In this document: positions 34,999-49,775 of the stretch, in pieces
Layout: each line of letters begins with the position of its first letter
Numbering within the stretch: the first letter of the stretch is position 1
Assembly: GCF_009914755.1 (NCBI RefSeq)
Contig: NC_060933.1
DNA: 64,000 nucleotides
Strand: one strand, 5' to 3'
Source: the human T2T-CHM13v2.0 reference genome, Homo sapiens
Translations under genes and position numbers: made by a program
The notes under the pieces: model-generated
What the model was told of the DNA's origin: nothing
The model's database searches: none
The model's input: the letters and a program-made list of their open reading frames with translations, nothing else

Positions 34999-37900
34999 TT
35001 TAGACAGAGTATCTACAAGAACAAGTAGGTGGGAGTTAGGTCCTAATCCAAGGATTCTCAGTCACTGATAAATACAGTTTTCTCACGGAAGTTTCGTATC
35101 TGACTGTCTCTCCACTGGAAATTTCTGTTGCTATTCAAATAGTTCTACAATTTGCCTCCAGAAAATATGTCAATAAGATTAAAAAGTCAACATTTCATAA
35201 ATTGAAATTGCTATTTTGACCTCCTAAAAATATATAACTTTTATTAAAACGAATTACTATTAAAATACATTCCACATAGGTATGGTAATTGCTTTTATTA
35301 GAAAAGTTGAAAGAAGTGAGATAATCTGAGTAATATGGTTTACAACAGATATGTAAAAACAAAGAACACATATCTGTCATCTATATTTATTCAGTTTTAT
35401 GTGTTATAATTAAATGAATTTGGGTCCTTGCTTCTCTCAATTATGACATAATAAATGATAGAAAATAGACATGTTTTTCCAGAAGTCATTTTATAAACAT
35501 ACTATTGAGTAACGTTTAAAAATTAAAAGTAAAAATTAAATATTTATACTTTAATTTGGAGAAAAAAACTGCTATAATCCTATTATTATAAATGCAAAGT
35601 AAGGAGAAGTGTTGAGTCCACTGGTTGCATCAAGAACTTTTTATCAAACTTAGAGGCACATAATCAGAAAAAGATATGTATATTTGTCCTAGAAATTAAG
35701 ATTAAAATGTACATATCTAATGACATTAAGAGACAAGGAAAGGTAATGATCTATTAAAATATTTTCCTGAATGAGTATCAGCTAAAATCATGACAAATTC
35801 GTATGCAGACTGAAATCCTAATCAAAGCATTAGTAAAAAGAAATGAAAAAGGTCCTTAAAATTTTCTGAAATTTTTATATGTGAATTATATTTCAAAGAA
35901 GCTCAATTTAAAATGCCCTCGTGTTCAAAGTAAAAATACATATTACAAATTGTATAATATGTATTAATTTTAAATTTTATAAAAAATCAGTGAATTCTTT
36001 CAAGTTTTTCAAAGTGTTGTTATGGTTAAGTCTAAATAGGAACTATACTTAGATTGTTTAGAATGAAAAATTATTTTTAATTTATTCAATGTTTACTTTA
36101 TGTGTTCAGCATTCTGATGATTCTTTGAGAAGGAAAATAGTATAAATAGTTGAACATATTTAAAAACATCATATTCATCACAATTATACATAATTTTTTA
36201 AAGTTCTTTTGATTTTTTGCTATGCTTTGTTAATTAATTGATTAATTGTACCGCAATTATAGCCATAATTGGAATAGGAACTGGACTGTATGTAGTTTGA
36301 CAGGTAGAGAAGTAATATTGTAAGATGAGAAGGAAAGGTAACAAATAGTTAAATGTGAGATAACTTTTTTAATGGAATTTAAAAATTGTAATTAAATTTA
36401 GAAGTAAAATAAATGCTGATATAGATAAATTTGATAAGAAACATAGAGCAATTTTCAGCAGTATGGACTTATCTTAAAACCGGCAAATGGATACCATCAT
36501 TTTAAAACATTAATTAGAACTTTGGGTCTGCTTTCCCCCATGCCCTATTAGTAGTAAATTCCTTATTTGCTCCCTTTTAATATGTACATGCCAGTTTAAT
36601 AATTTCAAAACCCCTAGAGTTTTTTTCATTTCAAAGTTATTTTGATTGTTCTAAATGATAAGCAGAGAGAATCAGTCTTTCCCGGTTATTGCTTCTTTTT
36701 GTCACATGAGGTCTGTATCCAGACCCACATATATTTTCTCGAGGTCTTCTTGGGGCACATTTGACCCTATGTCCTCCGCACATGAACAATAAAATTAGTT
36801 ATCAACTAACATTCATATGACTTACCATGTTTCTCCAAATCATAGCCAGCCCATGTGCCTGTACTTGAGTCAAGAGCCTCAGCCCATCACAGGCTGAAGT
36901 TAATTTTAAGTGCAGGGCTTTTCCAAGCTGTGTAGCCTTGTTTGGTATGAAATTTCCACTTAATAAGGTTTTCTTAACTAGACTGAATACTTTTCCTCAG
37001 AGTTCTTGAACTCATTGTGCAAATTTTTCCACTTTTCATCTTCTATTAGGTCAGCATACAATGCATTTACAAAATCAAAGTTTATTGTCACGTCTTAATT
37101 CTAGGATGGAATTCTAGGTGTCTGCCTTCTCTACATTTGCATAAAAAAGAGGACATTTGGGGAAGACATAAATACAAACAAAAAACAAAACACAAAAGTT
37201 AAGTTAAAAATGATAACAATTTGCAAAAGTAGCTTATTTGAAAATAAAACTATAATTATTTAAGGATATTCTAAACCAATTTGGAATGTCAATTTGTTGA
37301 AGAAGACCATATTTTTATATATTAAGATTTATAGAAATTAAAATTTTTATCTGAGCATTTCAATATATTTTTATGATAATAAATTATATAAATTCCAGCA
37401 GAAAATCATATTGGATGATTATGGTTTATTTAAGGATTCTAGTAAAATCTTTAACATGGAAAAATACTCATATTGGTATACGTACAGAACATAGTCATCT
37501 ACCATTCATAGTTCAAGCTGGAGCTATTAAGAATATTAGATTGGATAACTCAATATCAACATTGATATCCATTGTAAATATATACAATAGAAGCCACTAA
37601 TGTTACCAAAAAGATATAAAATTACTGAAATTTTTGACAAACAAGCTTTCATAATAATATTTATTTTCTGGGCTGTAGCATTAATTCTAAAAAATGACAA
37701 AAATTTGTAAGAAAACATATGACATAATTTTGACCTATTGAAATATTATTAAATGTGCTATTAATACAATAGTCATGAAAACCGTTACACAAAAACAAAG
37801 TGTTGTTCATGGCATTTACAGAGAACACACTGGTATGACTCCTTCAGGGTATTTATAATAAGTATGAAGCAAGATTTGACTGAGAATACTGAAGAAAACA

Positions 37901-38359
37901 TTTACTTAATTTTTTGAAACAGCTCTGAATAGATGAATAGCACTTATTTAGGTTCTTTATTCTCTTTTGCTTCCTTTCTCCTTTCCTTCTTTTCTGTCAT
38001 AGATGAGCCAGGCAAGTAACCCAAATGAGTGATATGGACTAGGTGTAATAAAACTAAGCAGTGGAGAAATTGTGGTAAAATGAAGCATCTGAACTTTCTT
38101 GTAAAGGTCAGCTTCTTAAGTCTATTCAGTGTAAACTGCCTCCACCTTATTTGATGTTTATCAAGATAAACCAAAAATACAAGATTGGAGAATTAAATAT
38201 TGAAATAGTCAACTATGGGAATGTTCTCAATTAAAAAATAAGGAAGCAAGCAAACAAACAAACAAAAAACACATTGTGCTGGCCAACACTGTGAAAGCTA
38301 AAGTAACTCTGGAAATATATTTGGATCAGTTACTGCAAATTTATAATTTTCCTTTAGGA

Positions 38360-38590
38360 AGTAGACAGTAGGATAAACCATTGAAATGTCTCTTTCTTGT
38401 TTTGATGTAGTTCCAATACTTACTAAATATGTGGCTTGGACATGTTAGCTTCTTTATTTTTAAAACAGAACAAAAATAGACATCATACTGATTTGAATAC
38501 TAAATGGGATAGAAGTAATAAACCATATATGGCAATGCTTAGTACATTAGTAAACACTTGATAAATAAGTGGTAGCTATTATTATTGCTT
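38360..38590 (+). mobile_element. MIR
   Basis: tacttactaaatatgtggcttggaca...cttagtacattagtaaacacttgataaat...tagctattatt. Confidence 0.55.
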
Positions 38591-40799
38591 GCCAAATAAC
38601 TTTACAGAGGTGTCCAAAAATTCAAAATCCCACATGTCCTCAGAGTTATTTCTGTTTGCCAGGTGTCCCTGCTTAGAAATTAATAGGAAGTACACACCAA
38701 AATTTGACATTTAGATGTTTCATTCCACTTATTTGTCTTCTAGTTTAAAAATACTTATGAGAATTCTTTATATTTTTTAAAAAATGTTAAATGATGAATA
38801 ACAAAACAAAATAGAAAGTGTTATTTAATGAATTCAAATTCACAAAACCGCTTCTTATCCTAAAATATCTTAAATAGTTCTCATACTGCCCTCCTTAATA
38901 AACTCTACTTTCTTGCTCTGCAGGCAATCACCTGCCTATGTTTCATTTATTTTTCCTGTGTTTCATGTTGATGATTCCTATGCATTTTTACTTTCTTCTA
39001 CTATTCAATTATGAATTCTAAAATAAATGTGACATTTTTGCCTGTTTTTAACTCTAAATAGTTTTATAATTTCATTATACCATGTCCTAATATTTGATTC
39101 AAACTTGAGTGGTTCGTAATATTAATTTGTATTAATTATCAGTGATGTACTATATCCCACTGTATAACAATAGCTTGAATTATATTTTGATTCTCTACTG
39201 ATAGATATATAGGTCAAATCTAGGGTTTAAAAAAAATCCCAACAATGCTGCTATAAGCACTCATACATGTTTCACTGTGTATGCATGTGTGAGAATTTTT
39301 CCACAATATATACTCAGAGGTACCCTTGCTGGATCAAGAGCAACTGTACATTTTCACATTTTAGGTACTTCCAAGTTTTCTCCAAAGTGGTTGTACAGTG
39401 TATGTTTACCAGCACTGTAAATGTAAATGAAATATATCTTTATTACCCTTGGTATTATCACACATTTTCTTATTTACCAGTCTAATCACTGGTGAGATGG
39501 AATCAGGATTGATAAACCTATTCATGATTCCTCTTTTCTTTCTTCAACTTTCCTTATATTTAGGCTACTCTACTACTGGAATACTTTTCCTTATAATATC
39601 TTTCTTTATATTATCAACAGTTTTGAATGTTAATACTTTTTGCATTATAAACATCTTATTTATTCTCCTATTAGCACTTTCCTATTTGTAATTGCATATT
39701 TTGAAGAATGGTGTTTTACACTTGTCATCAACTTAATATTTTTATTCAAGTTTAGCTCTTCTTTAATCAAGTTTATATCATTTGTTAGCCTAAGCTGATA
39801 AATATTCTACTGGATTACCTTCTAGAAGTTTTTAAGCATTTATTTTCTATCTAGTTTTTTCAGATATCAAATAATCCCTCATATATTATACATTTCCCAT
39901 GAAGTTTTTATTTACATTGGATGAATTTGTAGTTCTTTAACCATGTGAAACATTTCATTATGAAATATTTCAATAAAAATATGATGTATAACTTTTATCA
40001 ATATGTTTTTGTTCATTCTTGCATATATTAGTTTTTTTGGCTATTAAATTTTCTAAGTGGAAACATTTTGGTAAGATTTTTCTTTCTGGTTTAACTGGCT
40101 ATCTGATCGAAAAACAACCAAAATATCTCCAGATGGATTAAAGAATTACACACAAAAATACAACTTTAGTGAAGTAGATCCATATGTTATCAAATAGCTT
40201 AAAACTAACTTTTGAAAAAAAAAGTCAATGTGACTACTTAAAAATTTTGTTCAGATAATTGCAGGGATACCAGTTTGAAATAATCTAACTTAAAATCATA
40301 CATTTATGTACGTAAAAATAAATTTGGTATCAATGAAAACACTAAAAACTAGAAAACAATCTAACTTCTGAAATTATTCTAAAATAGTATAAGAATATAT
40401 TTTATATATGCTTGTAATGTAGGAAGGGCTCTTTAAAAGTGTGACACAATTCATAAAGGAAAAAATGTTTAAAGAAAAATACTGATTAATTCATTATTAA
40501 GCCAGATTCAGGCAACCCTACTACTAATTTACACAATTACATAGTGAATCTTTGAGGCTTAGATGCTAATATATATGAAGTAACTAAAATAAAAACTAAT
40601 AAATTCCTTGTAATTGGTTTGCATTTATTTCAGCAGAAATGATATATTACTATTTTATTTATAATTATAAAAACGTGTTAATTTTCAGTATGCTATTCTG
40701 TAAGTGAAATTATGTTTGAAAATTGTAATGGTGGAGAAAAATTTAGCTGCACTCTACTTAAAACTAAACATACACACATTACAGATAGAGTCCAATGAG

Positions 40800-41716
40800 T
40801 TTTCAAGAAATTTATTGAGCTATAATTAACATATTAAAAGCCAAAAATATGTAAGATAAATTATTAGATATGCTCTGACATATTTATACATCCGTGAGAT
40901 CATCATTATTGTCAAGATAGTGAACATATAAATCCACAAAATGTTTCCTCATGACTACTTTTAATAATCCCCTTTTGCAATTATTGTCTCTCCTAATAAG
41001 CATCTTAGCTAGACAACTGTTGACCATCTTTCAGTATTGTATATTACTGTATATTGTATATTGGTGCATCCAGAAGTTTTATATAAATGGAATCATATAA
41101 GGTGCACTATTTTTTGGCTGGCATTTTTGCTTTACAGCAAAATTCTTTTGAAATTCATTCATGTTGTTGCATGTGTCAGTAGTCGAACCTTTTTATTGCT
41201 GAGCAGAATTTTGCTGTACGTATATATCACCAATTACTTGTTAATGAATATGTGGGTCATGACCACGTTTTAGCTATTAAAGAGAAAATGCCTATGAACA
41301 TTTATATACAACAATTTCTTTTTCATTTTTCGAGGGGGAAATATCTAGAAGATAAATGACTAGATTAAGTGGTAAGCGTAGGTTTACTTTTTAAAGAAGC
41401 TGTCAATCTGTTTTACAAAGTGGTTGTCAATCAAAAGTATATTAAAGTTTCAGTTCCTCCATTTTGTTGCCTATACCTGGTAGGGTCAATATTTTTTTTC
41501 ACTTTGGACATTGTAATAACTATCAGTAGTATTTCTTTGTGGTTTTCAATTCTTTAATGACTACAGATGTTAAAATTTTTTGCTATACTTATTTGTCATC
41601 CATGTCTTCTATCATGACGTCTTTTTCAATCTTTTGCCTTTTAAAAAATTGGGTGATTTGTTTTATTTTTGATTTTTGACAGCTTTTATATATTCTTTAT
41701 GAAAGTAATTTATTAG
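40800..41716 (-). mobile_element. Old L1 (L1MC/L1MD) 3' region
   Basis: tttattgagctataattaacat...tatataaatggaatcatata...aaattcattcatgttgttgcatgtg. Confidence 0.65.
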
Positions 41717-42339
41717 TGTGTTGGGGCTCCTTATGACCACTTTTAGGCTCAAAGATTAACTATAATGATTCACAGGTCTTAGAAAACATGTTACATTCAT
41801 AGTTACAGTTTACTACAATGAAAAGATACAGATTAAAATCAACAAAGAAAAAAAGCCCATGGGGAGAAATGTAGAAGATATCAGGTACAAGCTTTCAGGT
41901 GTCCTCTCCCAGTGGAATCCCACAAGAACACACGTAATTCTCCCAGCAACAATATTTGACAGCATATTGAAGTGTTGTCAATCAGAGAAGCTCATTTAAG
42001 TTTTGGTCTCCAGGGCTTTTACTGGGCATCAGTCATGTAAGTTGGTGCCTATATGAGTGATTTCAGCTACTCAGACTACAGCATCTGTCAGAGCAAATAT
42101 AGCCATTGACTCTAAATTATATTGTTAGGATAAGCTTATCTGTTCAAATGAGCACAGCATGGTCCAAGGCCTCAGACGCTGAAAACCACTTGTGCACTGT
42201 ACTCTAAAGCCAAAGATGTATAGAAACACTGTCATCAGGCAGAATATATTAAGGGCCCACAGGTTATCTTCCAAAAGCCAGCCAAGTGCCAGTTCTAAAG
42301 ACAAACATTAGTCCTGATGAGATAAACCTTTCTTGGCCA
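41717..42339 (-). mobile_element. ERVL-type LTR, MER77/MER21-like
   Basis: tgttggggctccttatgaccact...gatacagattaaaatcaacaaag...gtcctctcccagtgga. Confidence 0.75.
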
Positions 42340-42399
42340 ATAAGATATATGCTATTCAAATGTTTTCTCAGTTCATAGCTTTTTAAAAAATATTTTTAA

Positions 42400-44447
42400 A
42401 TGCCCTTTTCCATTCCTATTAAGCATAGTGTTGAAAGTTCTAGCCAAGGCAATTAGGCAAGAGAGAGCAATAAAGGGTATTCAAACAGGAAGAGAGGAAG
42501 TCAAATTGTCTCTGTTTGTAGATGTCAAGACTGTATATTTAGAAAACCCCATCATCTCAGCCCAGAATCTCCTTAAGCTGATAAGCAACTTCAGCAAAAT
42601 CTCAGGATTCAAAATCAATATGCAAAAATAACAAACATTCCTATACAACAATAACAGACAAACAGAGAGCCAAATCATTAGTGAACTCCCATTCACAATT
42701 GCTACAAAGAGAATAAAATACCTAGGAAAACAACTTACAAGGGATGTGAAGGATCTCCTCAAGGAGAACTACAAACCACTGTTCAAGGAAATAGGAGAGG
42801 ACACAAACAAATGGCAAATTATTCCATGCTCATGGATAGGAAGAATCAATATGAAAATGTCCATACTGCTGAAGTAATTTATAAATTCAATGCTATCCCC
42901 ATCAAGCTACCATTGACTTTCTTCACAGAATTAGAAAAACCTACTTTAAATTTCATACGAAACCAAAAAAGAGGTTGTATAGCCAAGACAATCCTAAGCA
43001 AAAAGAACAAAGCTGGAGGTATCATGCGACCTGACTTTAAAATATACTGCAAGGCTACAGTAACCAAAACAGCATGGTACTGGTACCAAAACAGTTATGT
43101 AGACCAACAGAACAGAACAGAGGCCTAAGAAATAATGCCACACATCTACAGCCATCTGATCTTTGACAAACCTGACAAAAACAAGCAATGGGGAAAGGAT
43201 TCCCTATTTAATAAATGGTGCTGGGAAAACTGGGTAGTGGAAAACCGAAACTGGATCCCTTCCTTACATCTTATACAAAAATTCACTCAAGATGGATTAA
43301 AGACTTAAACATAAGACCTAAAACTATAAAAACCTTAGCAGAACACCTAGGCAATACCATTCAGGACATAGGCATGGACAAAAACTTCATGACTACAACA
43401 CCAAATGCATTGGCAACAAAAGCCAAAATTGATGAATGGGATCTAATTAAACTAAAGAGCTTCTGCACAGCAAAATAAACTATCATCAGAGTGAACAGGC
43501 AACCTACGGAATGGGAGAAAATTTTGCAATCTATCCATCTGACAAAGGGCTAATATCCAGAATCTACAAAGAACTTAAACAAATTTGCAAGAAAAAATAC
43601 AAACAACCCCACCGAAAAGTGGTCAAAGGATATGAACAGACACTTCTCAAAAGAAGACATTTATGCAGCCAAAAAACATGTGAAAAAAAAGCTCATCATC
43701 ATTCGTCATTAGGGAAATGCAAATCAAAACCACAATGAGATACCATCTCACTCTGGTTAGAATGGTGATCATTAAAAAGTCAGAAAACAACAGATGCTGG
43801 AGAGGATGTGGAGAAATAGGAACACTTTTACACTGTTGGTGAAAGTGTAAATTAGTTCAACCATTGTGGAAGACAGTGTGGTGATTCTTCAAGGATCTAG
43901 AACTAGAAATACCGTTTGACCCAGCAATCCCATTACTAAATAGAAAAAGGATTATGAATCATTCTAGTATAAAGACACATGCACACGTAGGTTTATTGCA
44001 GCACTGTTCACAATAGCAAAGACTTGGAACCAACACAAATGCCCATCAATCATAGACTGGATAAAGAAAATGTGGCACATATACACTATGGAACACTATG
44101 CAGCCATAAAAAAGGATGAGTTCATGTCCTTTGCAGGGACATGGATAAAGCTGGAAACGATCATTCTCAGCAAACTAAACAGGAACAGAAAACCAAACAC
44201 CGCATGTTCTCACTCATAATTGGGAGCTGAAAAATGAGAACACATGGACGCAGGGAAGGGAACATCACACACTGGGGCCTGTCAGGGGGTGGGGGGCTTG
44301 GGGAGGGATAGCATTAGGAGAAATACCTAAAATAGATGATGGGTCGAAGGGTGCAGCAAACCACCATGGCATGTGTATACCTATGTAACAAACCTACACG
44401 TTCTGCACATGTTTCCCAGAACTTAAAGTATAATAATTTTTAAAAAA
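42400..44447 (+). mobile_element. 5'-truncated L1PA (L1PA7/8-like), ~2 kb
   Basis: ORF2 fragments with frameshifts ([17 protein letters not shown]); 3' UTR ggagggatagcattaggagaaatacc...aacttaaagtataat. Confidence 0.95.
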
Positions 44448-45471
44448 GAGTAAAAATTTTCACTTTTGAAGAAGTTCAAGTTAATATTTTATTTTACAAA
44501 TTAAATGTTTAATGTCATATACAGCACTTATTTGTTTCAACTAAGGTCACAAAGATTTATCTTATGTTTATATCTAGGATTTCAATACATTCAGGTTGGC
44601 TTTTTATTAATGTTTATATATTTTGCAAGCTATGAATCAAATTTGTTTTTCTATTGCTTATAAATACCCAACTGTTTTACATTTCTTGCTTTGAAAACTC
44701 TTCCATTTCTTCAAAGCTGATACTTTCCCTAATGAATTGATTTGCTATTTTAAAAAAAAGATATTAACTATATGTGTAAATCTGTTTTTGTATTTTCTAT
44801 TCTGTTCTGTTGATCTATTTAGTCTTTCTTTAGGACAATATCACACAGTCTTGACTATTTCAAAATCATGAACATGGTATATCTCCCCAAATTTTATCTT
44901 TTATTTGAGATATCTGGAAAGCATATAGGTCTAGAAGTTGAAATTTGTTCTACCTATATTAGTTAGTCTTCAAGTAGAAATGATGATGGAAAAGATTGCA
45001 GTGATCAAAATTACCTAGGGAGAATGTATAGCACGAAAGAGTAATAAGCAGTTCATGCAGATCTCTGATTTAGCTTACACACCTAGAGGAAGATTAAATG
45101 AAGATCAATTTGCAAGTGAATTTAAAATTTTGTGACAAAATTTTAGGAGCAAAATTAGGACACCATGGTGTTACAGAATCTAAAGAACTATTTTGAGCTG
45201 CTTTTGAAAAATAAACATAAAAGTTACCAATCTGTATGACTGACTTTTGCAACACTTTCTCATTGAAAACACATATTCTACAAAAAAACATTATTTTTGT
45301 AACCTTATCATTTGGGACTCACTTTATCTAGCAGATCTAAGTACTTATACGTTTTTACGTATGTTCCCATCTATAAATTATCTGTTATATTTTCAATGAT
45401 ATTTTCTTCTTCTAATAAAAGCATGCTCAATTTTAACTATTTGTCTTAACTTATTTTGGAGATTCAAGGTA

Positions 45472-46113
45472 CATTTTGTTGTTGTTTTTATTATTTTATT
45501 TTATTTTACTTTAATTTCTGGGATACATATGCAGAATTTGCAGGTTTGTTACATAGGTATACATGTGCCATGGTGGTTTGCTGCCCCTATCAAACCATCA
45601 TCTAGGTTTTAAGCTGCATGCATTAGGTATCAGTCCTAATGCTCTCCCTCCCCTTTCCCCCCACGCCCCAACAGGCCCCACTGTGTGTTGTTCCCCTCCC
45701 TGTGTCAATGTGTTCTCGTTGATCAACTCTCACTTGTGAGTGAGAACATGCGGTGTTTGGTTTTCTGTTCCTGTGTTAGTTTGATGAGGATGGTGGTTTC
45801 CATGTTCCTACAAAGGATATGATCTAGTTCTTTATATGGCTGCATAGTATTCCATGGTGTATACGTACCACATTTTCTTTATCTAGTCTATCACTGATGG
45901 GCATTTGGGTTGGTTCCATGTCTTTGCTATAATAAATAGTGCTGCAATAAACATATGTGTGCATGTGTCTTCATAATAGAATGATTTATATTCCTTTGGG
46001 TATATACCAAGTAATGTGACTACTGGGTCATGGGATTTCTGATTCTAGATCCATGAGGAATCTCCACACTGTCTTCCACAATGGTCGAACTAATTTTCAT
46101 TCCCACCAACAGT
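45472..46113 (-). mobile_element. Short 5'-truncated L1PA (L1PA7/8-like)
   Basis: L1PA 3' UTR antisense; TSD gattcaaggta at 45461-45471 and 46114-46124. Confidence 0.92.
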
Positions 46114-46966
46114 GATTCAAGGTATTTTTGATGGGTTGTTTGTTTGTCTATTTTGCATTTCATTTGTTTTTGTAAAGGGAGAAAATTTTGGGCTTAGGGA
46201 ATACCATAATGCTTTAAACTTCGAGCTATTTCTTCTCTTTTTTCCTCAAATAATGTCATTTTGTCATAGATCTCTGAAAATGCCCTTGAAAACTTCCCAT
46301 AAAAATCAACAGAACTTACGATGTTCAGAGCATAAGAAATAAATGTCACCTTACAAGATTCATCAAAATGAGCTTAGATGAAATTTTAATTGCCATACTC
46401 AAGCCACTTAAATAGTTAACCAAGACATTCTCCCTTGTTTCTACAGTGATACACAGTATTGAAAATTGCTTTGACTGCACACTCAAATTATTACAATTCA
46501 ACTTTCTTCAACATCATAAATTGAAAGGATATCATGTGGATATTTGTTGTTCCCAATTAGGATTGAAAATAACTTCTGGCCAAATTAGTAGTATAGAGAC
46601 TTATGGAATGAAGTCAATTTAAAACAGAATTTTTTTGAGTTAATGGTAAGAAAGAGTTTGTTGCAATAAAATTCTTTGAAATTTTAGATATGAAATTGGT
46701 ACAAAAACTTATTACAAATTCATCTACCTGATTTTTTTTTGTGGCAATGTCATAAATAATAGAAATATGGTCTCATCTTTCCTAAATATTTTGCTCACGC
46801 TCTTTGACAATATTGTAAAATGTACTTAAACTACATAAGAATCTTCTAGTAAAATAAAATGCAACATTTCACTCAGAAGTAAAACATTTTTAAAATAGTG
46901 TCCAACAATTGCTTCAAGAGGGTGACAACCTATGAACACCCTGTTCTAAGTGTTTCCACCCTAATT

Positions 46967-47284
46967 GGTTTTTTTTTTTTTTTTTTTGAGACAAAACCTT
47001 GCTCTGTTACCCAAGCTGGAGTGCAGTCGTGTGATCTCGGCTCACTGCAACCTCCGCCTCCTGGGTCCAACGGATTCTCCTGCCTCAGCCAACCAAGTAG
47101 CTGGGATTAGAAGCAACTGCCACAATGCCCAGTTAATTTTTGTGTTTTTTGTTTGTTTGTTTGTTTGTTTGTTTTAGTAGAAGTGGGTTTCACCATGTTG
47201 GCCAGGCTGGTCTCGAACTCCTGACTTCAAGTGATTCACCTCCCAAAGTGCTGGAATTACAGGCATAAGCCACCATGCCTGTCC
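46967..47284 (-). mobile_element. AluS (Sx/Sz-like) inserted in a MIR (~46930-47390)
   Basis: TSD ccctaatt; (TTTG)n expansion in the central linker; short left-arm deletion; flanking MIR core ttttacaggtgag...gaacagagaggttaag. Confidence 0.9.
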
Positions 47285-48694
47285 TCCCCTAATTCGCTTC
47301 TTTAATCCTCTCTACATCATCACAAGATGGGTGTTACTATGATCACTATTTTACAGGTGAGCATATGAGGAACAGAGAGGTTAAGGAGGAACAGGGTGAT
47401 CTGCTACAACTCTTCAGCAGAGCATTCTGGGCAGGACTGTCTAACTTGTGAGAGGCAAGGGGACTATTTATAGCCTATGTATTCCCGTTAAAGTAACAAA
47501 CATATATCAAGAATAAATATTACAGTATATTTCTAGCAACCATCTAGAAATAGGAAATAGTATCAGTACCATATTGTCAGATGACAGTAGGATTAAATAA
47601 AACCAGAGTGACTAAGTAACTGACCCTTTATTCACTGCATTTAAAAGAAAAGTATGTCTTGGAGTTGAATTAAGTAACCTGGGATAGATCTCTAAAAATC
47701 TGTAAGTGAAGCAGGGGTCACATATTAACATGTTATACTAGAAACAGTGTCTAAGAAAGGAATTTGGTACTGGAATCTATATAGGGAACAATTAAATTAT
47801 CCATAAATGTTTTTTACTTTATCTTGAAAAAGGTATAGTATCCAAAACTCCAGAAACACTGCTAGACCCTCCATAATACGTATGGGCTCTAAGATAAGAG
47901 TGGAAATAGAGGCCCACATGACATGTGTATAAATATTTTAACATTATAAAGCAACCTACTCCAATAATCTGACCTGCATTTCCACCTAGGTTCTCAATGG
48001 CCCACTTCCTGACCACCACCCTCTGGAGTCCAAAGGAGATTTGCTTATTCCCAGTGTTATTCCTGCAGGTCAGCCAAAGAGGAGCAAAGAGTCATCTACC
48101 TCAATCATGTTCAGGAAATGATCAGGTCAAGATGTGGAGTGAGCAAGCTTTTCTCTTTTGTGCCACATTTTCTGACCCAGCATTTCAAGGTACTTCTAAT
48201 ACACAAAGACTATTACAAGAGGGAGGAAGGAAGGAAGGTCAGTTATCTGAAGAACTGAGGCTAGCTAGAAGCCCAAATTTGCTGTGATGGGGGCCATCAA
48301 ATCTCAACAGAAACAGCTTTCTCTCTCTGTTATCCTGGACAGGGCTTGTGATTTTTTTTTTTCCTCCACTCAGCCATAGACTCTCAGCTACATATCCTCT
48401 AGCCTGGAGTAGTCAAATCAGCTCATCTCTTTCTCTCTCATACCAAACTTTCAAAAACGAAACAAAACAAACCAAAAAACACTTTTGTTATTGGAATAAA
48501 TGAGAAAAATGTATTTGTGTTTAAATATCTGTGATACATGGACCATCAAAAGCCTCACTGCTAATGAAGGCAATTATTTAGGTTTACTTAATCTATTAAC
48601 TTATCAGTTAATAACTGCAATTTATTCTGCTAGAAATTCCCAATGGTATAATTGTTTCTGGCTGTAGCTCCTTCCATGCTTTGTACATCTTACT

Positions 48695-49775
48695 TGTGGT
48701 AGGCAGAATCACAGCTCTCCACAAATGATGTGATTTGGCTGTATCCCCACCCAAATCTCACCTTGAATTGTAATAATTCCATATGAAGAATGGGGTCAGG
48801 TAGAGATAATGTAATCATGGGGACGGTTTATCCCATGCTGTTCTTGTGGTAGTAAATAAGTTTCACGAGATCTGCTGGGTTTATAAACGGGAGTTCCCCT
48901 GCACAAGCTCTCTTGCCTGCCACCACGTGGGATGCGACATTGCTTCTCATTCGCTTTCCACCATGATTTTGAGGGCTCCCCAGCCATGTGGAACTATAAG
49001 TCAGTTAAACCTCTTTCTTTTATAAATTACCCAGTCTCAGCTGTGTCTTTATTAGCAGTGTGAGGACAAACTAATACAACGGGTGTCCACATTCTAGTCC
49101 CCAGAATTTGTGAATATGTTAGTTGCATGGCAAAGGAAAATTGAAATTGTAGACTAAACTAAGGTTGTTCATCAGTTGATATTAAGATAGGAAAGTTATT
49201 CTGGATTATTCTGATAGGACCAAAATAATCAGAAGGACATTTACAAGTGGAAGGAGGCAGAAGAAGTTAGAGTGATGAGATGGGAACTCACAAACTGCCA
49301 TTGCTGGCCCTTTAAAACAATTTAAATCTTGTTTTATGACACATAATTATTGTACATATTTATGGGATACAGTGTGATGTTTCAACACGTGTATGTATAG
49401 TTTAAATATTGAATCAGGATATTCAACATATTCTTCACTTCATACATCTTTGATATCTTTACGGTGAGAGAATTCAAAAATCCTCTCTTCTAGCTATTTT
49501 GAAATATACAATACAATATTGTTAACCATAGTCACCCTGACTCCATTCCTCATTTTAAAAATGGAGGAAGGGACAGTGATTAAAGGAATGCAAGCAGCCT
49601 CTGGGCTGTGGAAAACCAAAGGAAACGAACTCTTCCCACAGAACCCCCCAAGAAAAAACCAACCCTGGCAGTATCTTGGTTTTAACATGGTGTGATCAAG
49701 TCAGATTTCTGTCTTACAGAACTGTAACATAATAAATCTGTATTGTTTAAGCTACTAAGTTTGAAGTAATTTTAC
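48695..49775 (+). mobile_element. MLT1D-like LTR interrupted by THE1 and an L1MA fragment (~49315-49540, minus)
   Basis: tgtggtaggcagaat...gtccacattctagtccccagaatttgtgaatatgtt...cagaactgtaacataataaat. Confidence 0.75.
48726..49078 (+). mobile_element. THE1 (THE1A/B-like) solo LTR
   Basis: tgatgtgatttggctgtatccccacccaaatctca...cccagccatgtggaact...actaataca. Confidence 0.92.

Noticed and set aside
44285-44308. G-quadruplex motif
   Set aside because: Standard G-rich tract of the L1 3' UTR (also at ~1920-1940 on the minus strand); not locus-specific.
48972-48990. PRDM9 hotspot motif in the THE1 LTR
   Set aside because: The sequence is GCTCCCCAGCCAT, not the hotspot-associated CCTCCCTAGCCAC/CCNCCNTNNCCNC.
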